Assembly (NCBI GenBank): GCA_002009975.1
Contig: MTLP01000031.1
Location: forward strand, 64,001 to 128,000
Origin: Thermococcus sp. JdFR-02
Lineage (GTDB): Archaea; Methanobacteriota_B; Thermococci; Thermococcales; Thermococcaceae
Length of the DNA: 64,000 nucleotides
Direction: 5' to 3'
The position numbers and the translations under genes are program-made. Below are positions 11,130 through 21,101 of this stretch, in pieces. The first letter of the stretch is position 1, and each line of letters starts with the position of its first letter. The notes below the pieces were generated by a model that saw only the letters and a list, made by a program, of their open reading frames with translations, was not told the origin of the DNA and did not search any database.

Positions 11130-11476
11130 CCCCTCAACCCCCTTATCTTTTCTATATCCAAAGTATTATAGCGCTCATAAACGTTAATTGCAACGCTTAA
11201 GGCTAAAGCGGTTGTAGCAACACCAATAACGATTGCAGTAAGAACTAACGCCTGTGGAATGGGATCAACGACATTTGTAGGAGTTGCATAGTCACTTAAA
11301 ATTGGAGCAGTGGCATTTCTTACATAGCCAACTGAAATGAGCAGAAGGTTAACACCAGTTTCCATTATGCTTAATCCTACGAGGATTTTAAGCAAATTCC
11401 TCTTGGTTAAAATGGCATAGAGTCCAATGAGAATCAATGAAATTGCTCCAAAGTAGTAAACGCCTATGCTGGTCAT
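11126..11476 (-). CDS. mbxG: Mbs/Mbx subunit G (MrpC-like)
   Basis: DPIPQALVLTAIVIG motif. Confidence 0.9.
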   Translation of the reverse strand: MTSIGVYYFGAISLILIGLYAILTKRNLLKILVGLSIMETGVNLLLISVGYVRNATAPILSDYATPTNVVDPIPQALVLTAIVIGVATTALALSVAINVYERYNTLDIEKIRGLRG

Positions 11477-12180
11477 CCTTCCACCTCCTTGGATTCCTTA
11501 ATCATGCGATCAATTATTCCCGTTAGCTCTGTTCCAACCTTGATTCCGATTATTGTGTAGATTATGGGGATGAATCCAGCACTTAAGAGCCTTCCAATAT
11601 CTCCAACTTCCCAAATTTGCCATATCCAATCAAAGAGGAAGTAGCCACCGATAGCTAAGCCTATTAGACCAACTGCAACATAGCTTACTCCACTTAGTCC
11701 CTCTAAAGGCTCGAATAGATTGTGATCAATTTCATATTCCTTGTACGCTAAGTAGATCATTAGAAATGCTGTTGCTATTGTCGCTCCACCCGGAAATCCT
11801 CCTCCAGGTGTTAAATGACCATGGATGAATATGTAGGCACCAAAGAGCATTATGAATGGCAGTAAAACCCTTGAACCGGTTTTTAGGATTAAGCTACCAT
11901 CAACTTCTGCACTTCTCTCTTCCCTTCTCCTCCAAAGCAAAGCTGCAACTCCAGTTGAAGCGATAAACAAAACTGTAACTTCTCCCAACGTATCAAAGCC
12001 TCTATAATTAACGACCACTGCTGTAACTGCGTTAATCGCTCCAGTTTGCTCTTTAACATTCTCTAAATAGTACTTTCCAACGAGCATTTTGTCTTCTCCA
12101 AAGGGAACCTTAGCTAAAGCATTCGCAATCCAAAATCCAATTACCAAGATGAAGATTATTGCCAATATTCGCTTCACCAT
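11473..12180 (-). CDS. mbxF: Mbs/Mbx subunit E/F (MrpB-like)
   Basis: NYRGFDTLGE and HGHLTPGGGFPGG motifs. Confidence 0.88.
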   Translation of the reverse strand: MVKRILAIIFILVIGFWIANALAKVPFGEDKMLVGKYYLENVKEQTGAINAVTAVVVNYRGFDTLGEVTVLFIASTGVAALLWRRREERSAEVDGSLILKTGSRVLLPFIMLFGAYIFIHGHLTPGGGFPGGATIATAFLMIYLAYKEYEIDHNLFEPLEGLSGVSYVAVGLIGLAIGGYFLFDWIWQIWEVGDIGRLLSAGFIPIIYTIIGIKVGTELTGIIDRMIKESKEVEG

Positions 12181-12449
12181 CTTACCCACCATCCTGTTCC
12201 TTCTTCCTCGCTCTCATACCTTTGAGTTCTCTTAATTGCGAAGATGAAGATAGCTGCACTCATAGCTGCTCCAATAGCCGCTTCTGTCATTGCAACATCC
12301 GGAGCTTGAAGGAAGAAAAACGCTATTGAGGCGAATAAACTTACAGCCGCCATTCCGACTACTGCAGCTAATAAGTCTCTCCACTCAACAGCAAATATTG
12401 CAGAAAGCACCATTAAAGCGACTATAAATATTCCAACCCATTCGCTCAT
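12174..12449 (-). CDS. mbxD: Mbs/Mbx subunit D
   Basis: APDVAMTEAAIG motif. Confidence 0.87.
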   Translation of the reverse strand: MSEWVGIFIVALMVLSAIFAVEWRDLLAAVVGMAAVSLFASIAFFFLQAPDVAMTEAAIGAAMSAAIFIFAIKRTQRYESEEEGTGWWVRW

Positions 12450-12787
12450 TGCTCTCCCTCCTCTTTCAGGGCTTCTTTGTACTTATCCACAATGCTTCCT
12501 TCCCAAAGCGGAATTCCACTCCTATAGGCTGCTCTAATCAACGCATGGGCACTTATTGGGTTTGTAAGCAATAGGAACAGCGCAATCACAAGTGCTTTTG
12601 GAAAACAGCAAGGGCTGTAAATTCCAACTCCAATCATAACACCTAATGAAGCCAAAGTTGCACTCTTCGTTGCTGTCTGCATCCTATTGTAAACATCTGG
12701 CATCCTAATTAGACCGAGGGATGAGAGAACGTAAAAAAGTGACCCTGTGAATATTAAAAATGCTCCAATAGCTTCATTTATTGTCAT
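12446..12787 (-). CDS. mbxC: Mbs/Mbx subunit C (MrpG-like)
   Basis: RMPDVYNRMQTATK and TNPISAHAL motifs. Confidence 0.9.
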   Translation of the reverse strand: MTINEAIGAFLIFTGSLFYVLSSLGLIRMPDVYNRMQTATKSATLASLGVMIGVGIYSPCCFPKALVIALFLLLTNPISAHALIRAAYRSGIPLWEGSIVDKYKEALKEEGEQ

Positions 12788-13038
12788 AACCCTCCCTCCA
12801 AGTACCTTGCAAAAGCTATCACTCCTAAGAAAGCTAAAACCGCATAAACCAATGCAACGTCAAGGAAAATCGCCCTCTTGTAGTACAGTGCAAAGAGAAC
12901 CATTAATCCAGTTGTAATTGTGGTCATTATATCAATAGCTATAATTCTGTCAACAGTTGTTGGACCTCTAAACACTCTATACATGCTCAGAACTGTTGCT
13001 ATGGCTATTAAAACTAGGGAAACTTCAATTATCGTCAT
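12784..13038 (-). CDS. mbxB: Mbs/Mbx subunit B (MrpF-like)
   Basis: GPTTVDRIIAID motif. Confidence 0.9.
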   Translation of the reverse strand: MTIIEVSLVLIAIATVLSMYRVFRGPTTVDRIIAIDIMTTITTGLMVLFALYYKRAIFLDVALVYAVLAFLGVIAFARYLEGGL

Positions 13039-13540
13039 GGAATATCACCCTTAGGAATTTTTCAAAAGGCTTTCCTATATGCTTAGATGCACCTTCAAGG
13101 GAAGGATCTTTGACATCAATCCAGTGAATGTAGAGTCGATCACCTTTAACATCAACACTCATTGTACCTGGTGTTAGTGTAATTGAGTTTGCTAAAACGA
13201 GCTTTGCAATATCATTTGTAAGATTTGTCTTTATTTCAACAATTCCTGGATTTATGGGTCTCTTTGGATGCAAAACTCTATAAGCAACGTCTAAGTTTGC
13301 CATTATCATTGCCCAGAGAAAATAAGGTATGTAGGCTACAGTGTAGAGAATTCGCTTTGGGTGCAAATTGCTTAGTCCATACTTGGTGAAAACCTGATAG
13401 GTTAATGCTGCTATTATTAAAGATAGCACAAATCCCATGGTAAGTTCTTGAGGATCTAAACTGTTTGTGAGAAATAACCAAATCACAAAAAGGATGATTA
13501 CCGTGTAGAGATAGCGACTTACTTTGCTTGCTTCGCCCAT
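13025..13540 (-). CDS. mbxA: Mbs/Mbx subunit A (MrpE-like)
   Basis: LANSITLTPGT motif; first gene of the operon. Confidence 0.9.
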   Translation of the reverse strand: MGEASKVSRYLYTVIILFVIWLFLTNSLDPQELTMGFVLSLIIAALTYQVFTKYGLSNLHPKRILYTVAYIPYFLWAMIMANLDVAYRVLHPKRPINPGIVEIKTNLTNDIAKLVLANSITLTPGTMSVDVKGDRLYIHWIDVKDPSLEGASKHIGKPFEKFLRVIFHDDN

Positions 13541-13587
13541 TTATCAACCCTCCTAAATCTTAAATTTGAAACTGATTACATACATTT

Positions 13588-13660
13588 GTTCTAAACGTTT
13601 GTTTTAAAATTTGCATATATAAACTTTATCAAAGGAACCTTTGGTTCAAAACATTATGTT
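13588..13660. promoter_or_regulatory. SurR binding sites flanking the mbx TATA box
   Basis: GTTctaAAC at 13588-13596 and AAC-ctttg-GTT-caa-AAC-attat-GTT at 13636-13660 (SurR GTTn3AAC / GTTn3AACn5GTT); minus-strand TTTATATA between them. Confidence 0.85.
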
Positions 13661-13734
13661 AAAAAACGCTCAAAAATGCTCTCTGTTGTAGAATAGAGTA
13701 CTATAAAATCCAAAGATCAGCATACAAAGTTTTA

Positions 13735-14328
13735 TCATTTCTTACATACCATAAGCCTAACAATTCCCAGATAGTACCTCTCTTCTCGTTCAATCTTAAA
13801 GAAATCTCTAACAAGGTTGTGAGTCTTTCTTAAAGTGTCATCTCCCAAGATAGGATAGAGAAAGAGCTTAAGGATTCTTAAAAAGAGCAGATTTAGAACT
13901 TTAGAATTGCTCAGAGTGTGCTCAAGAAAGATTATTTTTCCATTGGGCTTTAATACTCGCCTTAATTCACCCATCGCTCTAACAGGATTCGGTACTGTAC
14001 AGAAAACAAAGCTTACAATTATTGTATCAAAATATTCTGAGGGAAAGCTCAACTTTTCGGCATCCATCTTGAAGAACTTAACATCTAAACCAAGCTTTTT
14101 AGCCCTCTTTTGAGCTATTTTGAGCATCCCCTCACTTCCATCAATAGCGTAAAGCTCAACGTCCTTAGAATAATAGGGCAGATTCTTCCCTGTTCCAATA
14201 CCAACTTCTAGAGTCCTTCCTTTAGCATAGCTAACAGCTTTCTGCCTTAGAGGGAGGAAAAAAGAATCCAAAATCCTTTCAAACTTGTCGTAATTCTCAG
14301 CTATTGCATCATATTTATGGTGATACAT
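13735..14328 (-). CDS. Class I SAM-dependent methyltransferase
   Basis: LEVGIGTG motif I; DAEKLSFP...FDTI; RVLKPNG. Confidence 0.88.
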   Translation of the reverse strand: MYHHKYDAIAENYDKFERILDSFFLPLRQKAVSYAKGRTLEVGIGTGKNLPYYSKDVELYAIDGSEGMLKIAQKRAKKLGLDVKFFKMDAEKLSFPSEYFDTIIVSFVFCTVPNPVRAMGELRRVLKPNGKIIFLEHTLSNSKVLNLLFLRILKLFLYPILGDDTLRKTHNLVRDFFKIEREERYYLGIVRLMVCKK

Positions 14329-14347
14329 GGAGTCACCAAACCTTTAT

Positions 14348-15181
14348 TTATCCTTTAAGGGTTTTAAACCTTGCAATTATCCATCCAACTGGTGGGTGTT
14401 CTTCTCCATATAGCCGAAGCTTTTTGTAAGCTTTTTCCCACCTCTCTAAAATATCCCTTTGCTTTTGCCTATCGCTAATTTTTTCAACATATTCTTTTGG
14501 AATGTAAGCTAAGAAATGAGGTAGATTAGGCTCAAAAACTCCAAAGTCTTCAACTTTCCCACCAGCTTTTCTTATGAACTCTAAGAGTCTTTCAAGAGGA
14601 AAATAATGCAAATCATCCTTTTCACCGTAAAGAGCTTCAAAGATCTCTTGTCTTAAATTGTACATCTCAAGATGAGCTTCTTGCGCTTTGTTCTTTGCTA
14701 TTGGCAAACTTTCAGCTATGAAAATTCTTTTCGAAACTCTCAACATTTCCTTTAGCACTTTGATTATTGTTCTTTCATTTCTTAAGCTCCTAATTCCATG
14801 AACTAGAACAGCTAAATCAAAACTTTTAAAGGGAAATGGCAACTCCTGAGCATCGCACTTTAAAGGGATAACTCTTCTCTTTAAACCAGCTTGTCCTACT
14901 ATCTCTTCAAAGTAAGCCCACCTTGCCTTATCAACCGCAACCACTCTCCCTTTTTCTCCAACCATGTAAGCTAAAGGAACAGTTGTTATAGCATGTGCTC
15001 CACAGCCAATCTCGAGAACATTCATTCCCTTTTGAATGCCAGCAAACTGTAAAAGCCTAAACCTTTCAAGCATTTCAATGTGAAGCCAGTTCTTTGGGAG
15101 AGGTTGCTCATTCCTTGGAGGGATTTTTGAAAGAATCTCATTCTTAAACCGTTCCTCAAAATTTTGCACAGTATTCACCAT
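14348..15181 (-). CDS. Class I SAM-dependent methyltransferase
   Basis: VLEIGCG, DAQELPF...FDL, EMLRVS. Confidence 0.85.
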   Translation of the reverse strand: MVNTVQNFEERFKNEILSKIPPRNEQPLPKNWLHIEMLERFRLLQFAGIQKGMNVLEIGCGAHAITTVPLAYMVGEKGRVVAVDKARWAYFEEIVGQAGLKRRVIPLKCDAQELPFPFKSFDLAVLVHGIRSLRNERTIIKVLKEMLRVSKRIFIAESLPIAKNKAQEAHLEMYNLRQEIFEALYGEKDDLHYFPLERLLEFIRKAGGKVEDFGVFEPNLPHFLAYIPKEYVEKISDRQKQRDILERWEKAYKKLRLYGEEHPPVGWIIARFKTLKG

Positions 15182-15301
15182 TAAAAACTTAAAAACCCCC
15201 GTTTAAAGCGTTTTTGGAGAAAAAATTTAAAAGCTGGCGTTGATATTTAACCCGGACAAAATTTCGACAAAGTTAAATAACTTGAAAAGAAAGAAAAAAT
15301 T

Positions 15302-17017
15302 TCACTTGTGCGCAAATATTGCCCTAACCTTCTCTTCTTCAACTGCATCAATTCTTACAAAGCCAAACCTCTCGAACTGTACTATCTCATCAACCTTCAC
15401 ATTTGCATCGCTTTCCAAAAGCCCTTCTCTCAGTACTAACTCATCTCCCTCTGGAATTAGCACTTCACATAGCTTACCCTCTGGAACCCAGTGAATCATG
15501 TGCCATCTGTGCTCTCTTGCTTTCTCATACTCAATGCTATCAAACTCTGCCGTAACTTTCTTTTCACTAACTTCAAGAATCTTGACATTAAAGAGGTCTT
15601 TTAATCTAATGTATTCGCTTTTCTTCAAGAGTTCTAAATCATCCTTTGAAATATAAACTGGCTTCTCTGGAATGAACTTAAGTTCCCTATACCCTCTTTC
15701 TGGATGATCCGGGTGAAGTGGGACTTTTGCCATAAATTCCTCATTAAAACCTTTGATCTCCATTGGAATCGGGTCAGCAACAAAGAAATATCTATTAGCT
15801 ATTGGGTCAATCAGCTTTCTATTTATTGCTGCTAAATTATCCCAGCTTATTGTTGCATCGCTCTTCTTAATGCCAACGCTTATGATAAGCTCTCTAATTG
15901 CCTCTGGAAGAATTCCTCTCCTTCTTAAAGCTCTAATAGTTCCTAACCTTGGATCATCCCAGCCGAGATATTTACCCTCTTGAATTCCCCTTCTCGTCTT
16001 TGATTTACTTAAAATAACGCCTTCAATTGAAAGCCTTCCATGCTGAATTGCCACTGGATATTCCCATCCAAAATATCTGTAGATATAGCGTTGTCTCGTC
16101 TCGTTTTCAGCATGCTCTTGTCCTCTAAAGATGTGGGTAACTCCCAATTCATGATCATCAATTGCTGAGGCAAAGTTGTAAAGGGGCCAAACCCTATATT
16201 TATCCCCAGCTCTTGGATGGTCTGGATTGTCAATTATTCTTAAAGCGGGCCATTCTCTAACAGCAGGATTTGGATGATTTAAGTCAGTTTTAATTCTTAC
16301 AACAGCTTCTCCCTCTTTGTAAGTTCCATCAAGCATTTTTCTCCACTCTTCCAACTGAACTTCTGGAGGTAAATCTCTATGAGGACAGGGTTTTCCTTCA
16401 TCCCTACGTTTTCTAAACTGCTCCGAGCTACAAGTACAAACATAAGCTTTACCCATCTTTAAAAGCTCTTCAGCGTATCTATAATAAATCTCAAGCCTAT
16501 CACTTGCGTGGTGAATTTCATCTGGTTTAAGCCCAAGCCACTCTAAATCCTCAATAATCCACTCATAAAATATCGGTTCTGGTCTCTTTACCTTGGGATC
16601 AGTGTCATCAAACCTCAAAATAAATTTTCCGCCATATCTCTTTGCGTATTCGTAGCTCAAGACTGCGGCTCTTGCATTGCCTAAATGAAAAGCTCCATCT
16701 GGATTCGGTGCAAAACGAGTGATAACTTTTCCTTTCTCAGCCTTTGGTAGTGGAGGTAATTCATGCTTTTTCTCCTCTTTCTTTTCTTTAACCTCAAAGA
16801 ATTCTGGATAAATTTCCCTAAGCTTTGTCTCTTGCTCTTCTTTACTCATGGAATTAACTTTTTCAACAATATCATTAACAAGAGGGACTAACTCTCTTGC
16901 TTTGGGTCTGAGCTCTGGATTCTCACCTAAAATTTTACCAATTACTGCTTTTGGGTTAGCTTTTCCTCCATGTTGAACGGCATTGATGAGAGCGTACTTC
17001 AAAACTACCTTTTCCAT
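15302..17017 (-). CDS. gltX: Glutamate--tRNA ligase
   Basis: TRFAPNPDG, HLGN (HIGH), RFDDTDP, LSKS. Confidence 0.96.
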   Translation of the reverse strand: MEKVVLKYALINAVQHGGKANPKAVIGKILGENPELRPKARELVPLVNDIVEKVNSMSKEEQETKLREIYPEFFEVKEKKEEKKHELPPLPKAEKGKVITRFAPNPDGAFHLGNARAAVLSYEYAKRYGGKFILRFDDTDPKVKRPEPIFYEWIIEDLEWLGLKPDEIHHASDRLEIYYRYAEELLKMGKAYVCTCSSEQFRKRRDEGKPCPHRDLPPEVQLEEWRKMLDGTYKEGEAVVRIKTDLNHPNPAVREWPALRIIDNPDHPRAGDKYRVWPLYNFASAIDDHELGVTHIFRGQEHAENETRQRYIYRYFGWEYPVAIQHGRLSIEGVILSKSKTRRGIQEGKYLGWDDPRLGTIRALRRRGILPEAIRELIISVGIKKSDATISWDNLAAINRKLIDPIANRYFFVADPIPMEIKGFNEEFMAKVPLHPDHPERGYRELKFIPEKPVYISKDDLELLKKSEYIRLKDLFNVKILEVSEKKVTAEFDSIEYEKAREHRWHMIHWVPEGKLCEVLIPEGDELVLREGLLESDANVKVDEIVQFERFGFVRIDAVEEEKVRAIFAHK

Positions 17018-17098
17018 TCACACCACCTAAGTAAGGAAAAAGAGATGATGGTTATAAAAGTTATGTGGGGGAAGAAAACAGAAAAGGATAAAAGGGCG

Positions 17099-18478
17099 TT
17101 ATTCTGCAAAAGTCAAAATTCTTAAGTCAATTGGTCTTCTAACAACGTTGGCTTTCCTTGCTCCAATTAAGTATTTAACACCCTTTTCACTGACTATATC
17201 AATCAATCTTTGGGTTATTATTCCATTGAAAATTATTGCATGAACACCTTCCTTCTCATTTAATGTGTTTAGTAAATCTCTAACTGGGATTTCAGCCACA
17301 ATGTTCTTGTTTTCATCTAAAAGTATTGCTGTTGAGTCATTTTTTACCTTTTCAACGAATTCACTGAACTTTTCAAGTTCAGATACTTTTGGAACCTGTA
17401 TTGGCTTAACAAACTTCTCTTCCCTTTCTTTTGCTTCTTGCTTTGCAGTTGTAACAGAGGGCTGAGGTTTAGGCTTCTCTTCTTTAGAGGTTTCTTCAAT
17501 TTTCTCTACTTTCTCTTTTTCCTTCACTATCTCATAGAAATTCTTTCCTCTGTAAAATAGCTCATTAATAACCTGCTCAGCTGGAACTTTACTCCTTAAG
17601 GATTTGATAATCTCTTTCTTTGTTAATTCCTCAACTTCTTTTCCCTCTGGTGCCCTTGCAACATAGTCAACATCAGCAACTTGCAAAAGCTCCTTGAGTA
17701 TTAACTCCCCTCCTCTGTCACCATCTGTAAATGCTGTTACGATTCTTTCCTTACTTAATTTAATGATTGTCTCTGGTACTGAAGTTCCTTCAACAGCTAT
17801 GGCATTTTTAATACCATGCTTTAGTAGATTTAAAACATCAGCTCTGCCCTCTACTACGATAATTGAGTCTGAAAATGGAACGTGTGGACCAGCTGGTAAT
17901 TTCTCTGGACCATATTCAATCAACTCCTTAGCCCTAACAGCTTTTTTAACTTCCTCTGTAAGCTCTTGGCTTTCTGGAATTTCCTCCTCCATTAAGGTCT
18001 CCAATATTTCTTTTGCCCTTTCAACTATGTATCTCCTCTTTGTTGCCCTAACGTCTTCAATCTTCATTACCTTTATTCTTGCTTCACAAGGTCCTACCCT
18101 GTCAATAGTTTCCAACGCTGCTGCCAAAATTGCAGTTTCTACCCTATCCAAACTAGAAGGAACGGTGATTGTCCCATATGTTTTTCCAGCTCTTGTATGA
18201 ACATCAACCTTAATTCTTCCAATTCTCCCAGTTTTTTGGAGTTCTCTTAAATCTAAATCATCACCAAGCAAACCTTCAGTTTGTCCAAAAATAGCACCTA
18301 CAACGTCTGGTCTTTCAACAACACCATTAGCCTCAAATTCAGCATAGATGACGTATTTTGTTGTTCCAAAATCGTCCCTTACCGCCATATCTTCACCACC
18401 TTCTCCTTTCTTTCTCTCGTATTCACGTCTTTGTTTTTCGGTCAAAATATGATGCAATATTGTCTTCTTCCTTTTCAA
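17099..18478 (-). CDS. dnaG: Archaeal DnaG (exosome-associated Toprim protein)
   Basis: GVVERPDVVGAIFGQTEGLLG, VEGRAD, DGDRGG; alternative ATG at 18388. Confidence 0.94.
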   Translation of the reverse strand: MKRKKTILHHILTEKQRREYERKKGEGGEDMAVRDDFGTTKYVIYAEFEANGVVERPDVVGAIFGQTEGLLGDDLDLRELQKTGRIGRIKVDVHTRAGKTYGTITVPSSLDRVETAILAAALETIDRVGPCEARIKVMKIEDVRATKRRYIVERAKEILETLMEEEIPESQELTEEVKKAVRAKELIEYGPEKLPAGPHVPFSDSIIVVEGRADVLNLLKHGIKNAIAVEGTSVPETIIKLSKERIVTAFTDGDRGGELILKELLQVADVDYVARAPEGKEVEELTKKEIIKSLRSKVPAEQVINELFYRGKNFYEIVKEKEKVEKIEETSKEEKPKPQPSVTTAKQEAKEREEKFVKPIQVPKVSELEKFSEFVEKVKNDSTAILLDENKNIVAEIPVRDLLNTLNEKEGVHAIIFNGIITQRLIDIVSEKGVKYLIGARKANVVRRPIDLRILTFAE

Positions 18479-18489
18479 GCAAATCCCTC

Positions 18490-18882
18490 CTAAAGGGGGT
18501 CAGAAACGGAGCGTTTTACCCTTAAATATAAACCATAGATGTCCTCAATGCCTTTAATGTCCTTTTTTGCAATTCTTTTGAGCTCTTTCCTAGTTCCTGT
18601 ATCTACTCGGCACTTATACCCAACTAAATATTGAGCCAACCTCTTTGCAAGTTCTTCTCCTTTTTCATCTAAATCCGTGAGTATCATGATTTCATGATAC
18701 TGTGATGCAATTAAGGCAATTTCAGAGAGCGGTAAACGGGAGCTTACCCGAATTATCTCCGCTCTGACCCCCAATTTTCTTAGCGCCACCTCGTCTCGCA
18801 TACCTTCAACTAAGATTACACCTTCAAACTCTCGCAATTTTTCTATCAGCAGTTCGAATCTTTTATAGTTTTCGGCATACAT
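18490..18882 (-). CDS. Small Toprim-domain protein (UPF0292-like)
   Basis: ILVEGMRD and ILTDLDEKG motifs. Confidence 0.85.
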   Translation of the reverse strand: MYAENYKRFELLIEKLREFEGVILVEGMRDEVALRKLGVRAEIIRVSSRLPLSEIALIASQYHEIMILTDLDEKGEELAKRLAQYLVGYKCRVDTGTRKELKRIAKKDIKGIEDIYGLYLRVKRSVSDPL

Positions 18883-19052
18883 TTTGCCGTCATGATGGTG
18901 AAAAGTTAACAAGGTTATAAATTTTTGGGAATCAGAATGGACATTAAGATGACAATCGAATTACTAACTTTATCCTAACCTTAAAACTGAAGTATGTGAG
19001 ATGGCTCTTCTTAAGCTTAAACACCTCCCCTTAGTTAACTTTGATATCTCAT

Positions 19053-20318
19053 TCAACAAACCTCCCTAATCTTCCCAACATAACTCATTGGTTCTTCATA
19101 GAATTCTTCAATCAACTTCTGAAGCTTTTTTGAAAGTCTGATCTGCTCGCCCCAAGAACCTTCTATTTTCCCTTCCCTTGCCATGTCTCCTAAAAATTTG
19201 CTCATCTCTTTGCTTAATGATGAAGGCTTGCACCTAGCAAAGGGCGTTCCTGGCAGAGGCATGAAGTAATGAGCCCTAACTTTTCCTCCCTTTCTCATGA
19301 TCCACTTCATGAGCTCAATGCTTTTTCTTTGCTTCTCTTCATCCTCATTTGGCAATCCAACTATAAAATCAACAACCGGCTCAATTCCATACTCAATCAT
19401 ATACTCAACAGCTTCCATAATGTGTGTAATGCTGTGCCCTCTATGCATAAAACGAAGCATTTCATCATCTCCACTTTGAGCTCCGATAGCCAGTCTTCTG
19501 TTGTCGGCATATTTAATTAAAAGCTCCAAAGTTTCTGGTTTAACAAATTCTGGTCTTACTTCACTTGGAAAAGTTCCATAGTAAAGCCTTCTCCCTTCTT
19601 TTCTAAGCGGTTGCAGTGCTTTCAACAATGCTTCAAGCTTTCTAATTTTCAAAGTTCCTCCAGGAGAACCGTAAGCAAAGGCATTTGGAGTTATATAGCG
19701 CATATCTTTCATTCTTTTTGAGTACTTCACTATCTGATCTATGGGTCTATGCCTCATAAGAAAGCCTTTCATATAAGGGGTTTGACAGTAACGGCAAGCA
19801 AAAGGACATCCTCTACTGATTTCAATTGGGGCAATAAGCTTGGATGTTTCTGCATATGGGGGAAACCTGGCAAAATCTTCAACCTTTGCAAAACCTGTAA
19901 AAGCAAATTGACCATTCAAATAGAAAGCTAATCCCTTGATATCTAAAAGTTCCTTTGTTATTTTAAATTTCCTTGATTTAAGAGCATTTAGAAGATAAAA
20001 GAGGGTTTCCTCTCCCTCACCAATCACAGCTATATCAAAAGTCCTTAAAGTGTGCTTTGGCATTGCTGTTGCATGATAGCCTCCAGCTATGAATAAGGCA
20101 TTGATTTTTTCTCTCAACAATTTAACCTCTTCTTCAACTTTCCATACCTCTTGAGTCATGAAAGAATAGAGAACAGCTTTTGGCTTAGCCCTTATTATAT
20201 CCTCAAGCTTTTTTGTTATCAAAATCTCATCGATATCAAAACCCTGAGCTTCTAAAGCTCCTAAAAGATGAACAAAGGTATTGTGGTTTCTATTGGTCAT
20301 TCTTATAGCTATCTGCAT
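19053..20318 (-). CDS. B12-binding-domain radical SAM protein (TIGR04013-like)
   Basis: GGYHAT, GEGE, SRGCPFACRYC (CxxxCxxC). Confidence 0.88.
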   Translation of the reverse strand: MQIAIRMTNRNHNTFVHLLGALEAQGFDIDEILITKKLEDIIRAKPKAVLYSFMTQEVWKVEEEVKLLREKINALFIAGGYHATAMPKHTLRTFDIAVIGEGEETLFYLLNALKSRKFKITKELLDIKGLAFYLNGQFAFTGFAKVEDFARFPPYAETSKLIAPIEISRGCPFACRYCQTPYMKGFLMRHRPIDQIVKYSKRMKDMRYITPNAFAYGSPGGTLKIRKLEALLKALQPLRKEGRRLYYGTFPSEVRPEFVKPETLELLIKYADNRRLAIGAQSGDDEMLRFMHRGHSITHIMEAVEYMIEYGIEPVVDFIVGLPNEDEEKQRKSIELMKWIMRKGGKVRAHYFMPLPGTPFARCKPSSLSKEMSKFLGDMAREGKIEGSWGEQIRLSKKLQKLIEEFYEEPMSYVGKIREVC

Positions 20319-20385
20319 GTGAACAACTTAAGAAGAGGGGTTTTAAAGATTTAGGTTGCAAAATTAAATAAAAATAGAACGGAAA

Positions 20386-20589
20386 TCAAGCCTTAATAGC
20401 GAGCTTAATGTCCTCGGCTTTGACTGTCTTTCTTCCAGCGTGTCTTGCATACTCAACAGACTTCTTAGCGAGCTCGACAGCGTAGTCCTCGAGGTATTCA
20501 GCCAATATTTTGGCTGCCTCCTCACTAACTCTCTCAGCACCAGCCTTCCTAATCAACCTGTCAATTGGGGCAATTGGCAACTCGGCCAT
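20386..20589 (-). CDS. Archaeal histone
   Basis: [20 protein letters not shown]...[12 protein letters not shown] histone fold. Confidence 0.97.
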   Translation of the reverse strand: MAELPIAPIDRLIRKAGAERVSEEAAKILAEYLEDYAVELAKKSVEYARHAGRKTVKAEDIKLAIKA

Positions 20590-20975
20590 TTATAACACCT
20601 CCACAAAGAGTTTTTCAATACTCTTTTTTGATTTGGAGATATATAAAGGTTTCGGTAAAAAGAGCGTTTTTACACCTTTTATAAGCCTATACTCTTATAG
20701 ACATAACTAAGCAAGCTATTGAAAATTTTTTGAAAGTATGTCAAAAATATAACCCCCATATTTAGGTGATCAACGAAATAGAAGGCACCACCCAGATATG
20801 GACTTGTATTTGTAAATAGACACATGCTAGAGATTTAGACAATTGTCTAATAGTACAGACAATAAGGTATCTACGAATCACAATAAAAATGAGAAAACTC
20901 CTCAAAATATAGCCTAAAATCGTATTATCAAATTCAAACAATACAAGTGCTTTTAAAGCTTAAACTTAAAGTATT

Positions 20976-21052
20976 TGGCGGGCCCGGCGGGATTTGAACC
21001 CGCGACTGCCGGCTCCGAAGGCCGGTGCCCTATCCTCCTAGGCCACGGGCCC
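20976..21052 (-). tRNA. tRNA-Arg (anticodon TCG), CCA encoded, no intron
   Basis: GGGCCCG acceptor stem, anticodon arm CCGGC-CT-TCG-GA-GCCGG, GGTTCAAATCC T-loop, 3' GCCA. Confidence 0.96.
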
Positions 21053-21101
21053 GCAAAAGAGTTATAACCTTAAGCTTTACATAAACCTTGCGGTGGTAAA
21101 A

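Noticed and set aside
4089-13540. Membrane-bound hydrogenase (Mbh)
   Set aside because: The large subunit lacks both complete CxxC NiFe motifs; gene order with H and H' matches Mbx/Mbs.
17018-17098. A third leader of the same family before gltX
   Set aside because: The gap is short, with only a TATA and SD; no GATGCC or hairpin.
18945-19030. Possible 26-aa minus-strand ORF (MFKLKKSHLT...) behind GGGGAG
   Set aside because: The GTG start abuts the SD, the ORF is very short, and no motif is recognisable.
20590-20975. Integrated element at tRNA-Arg
   Set aside because: No integrase fragment and no duplicated tRNA end seen in the window.
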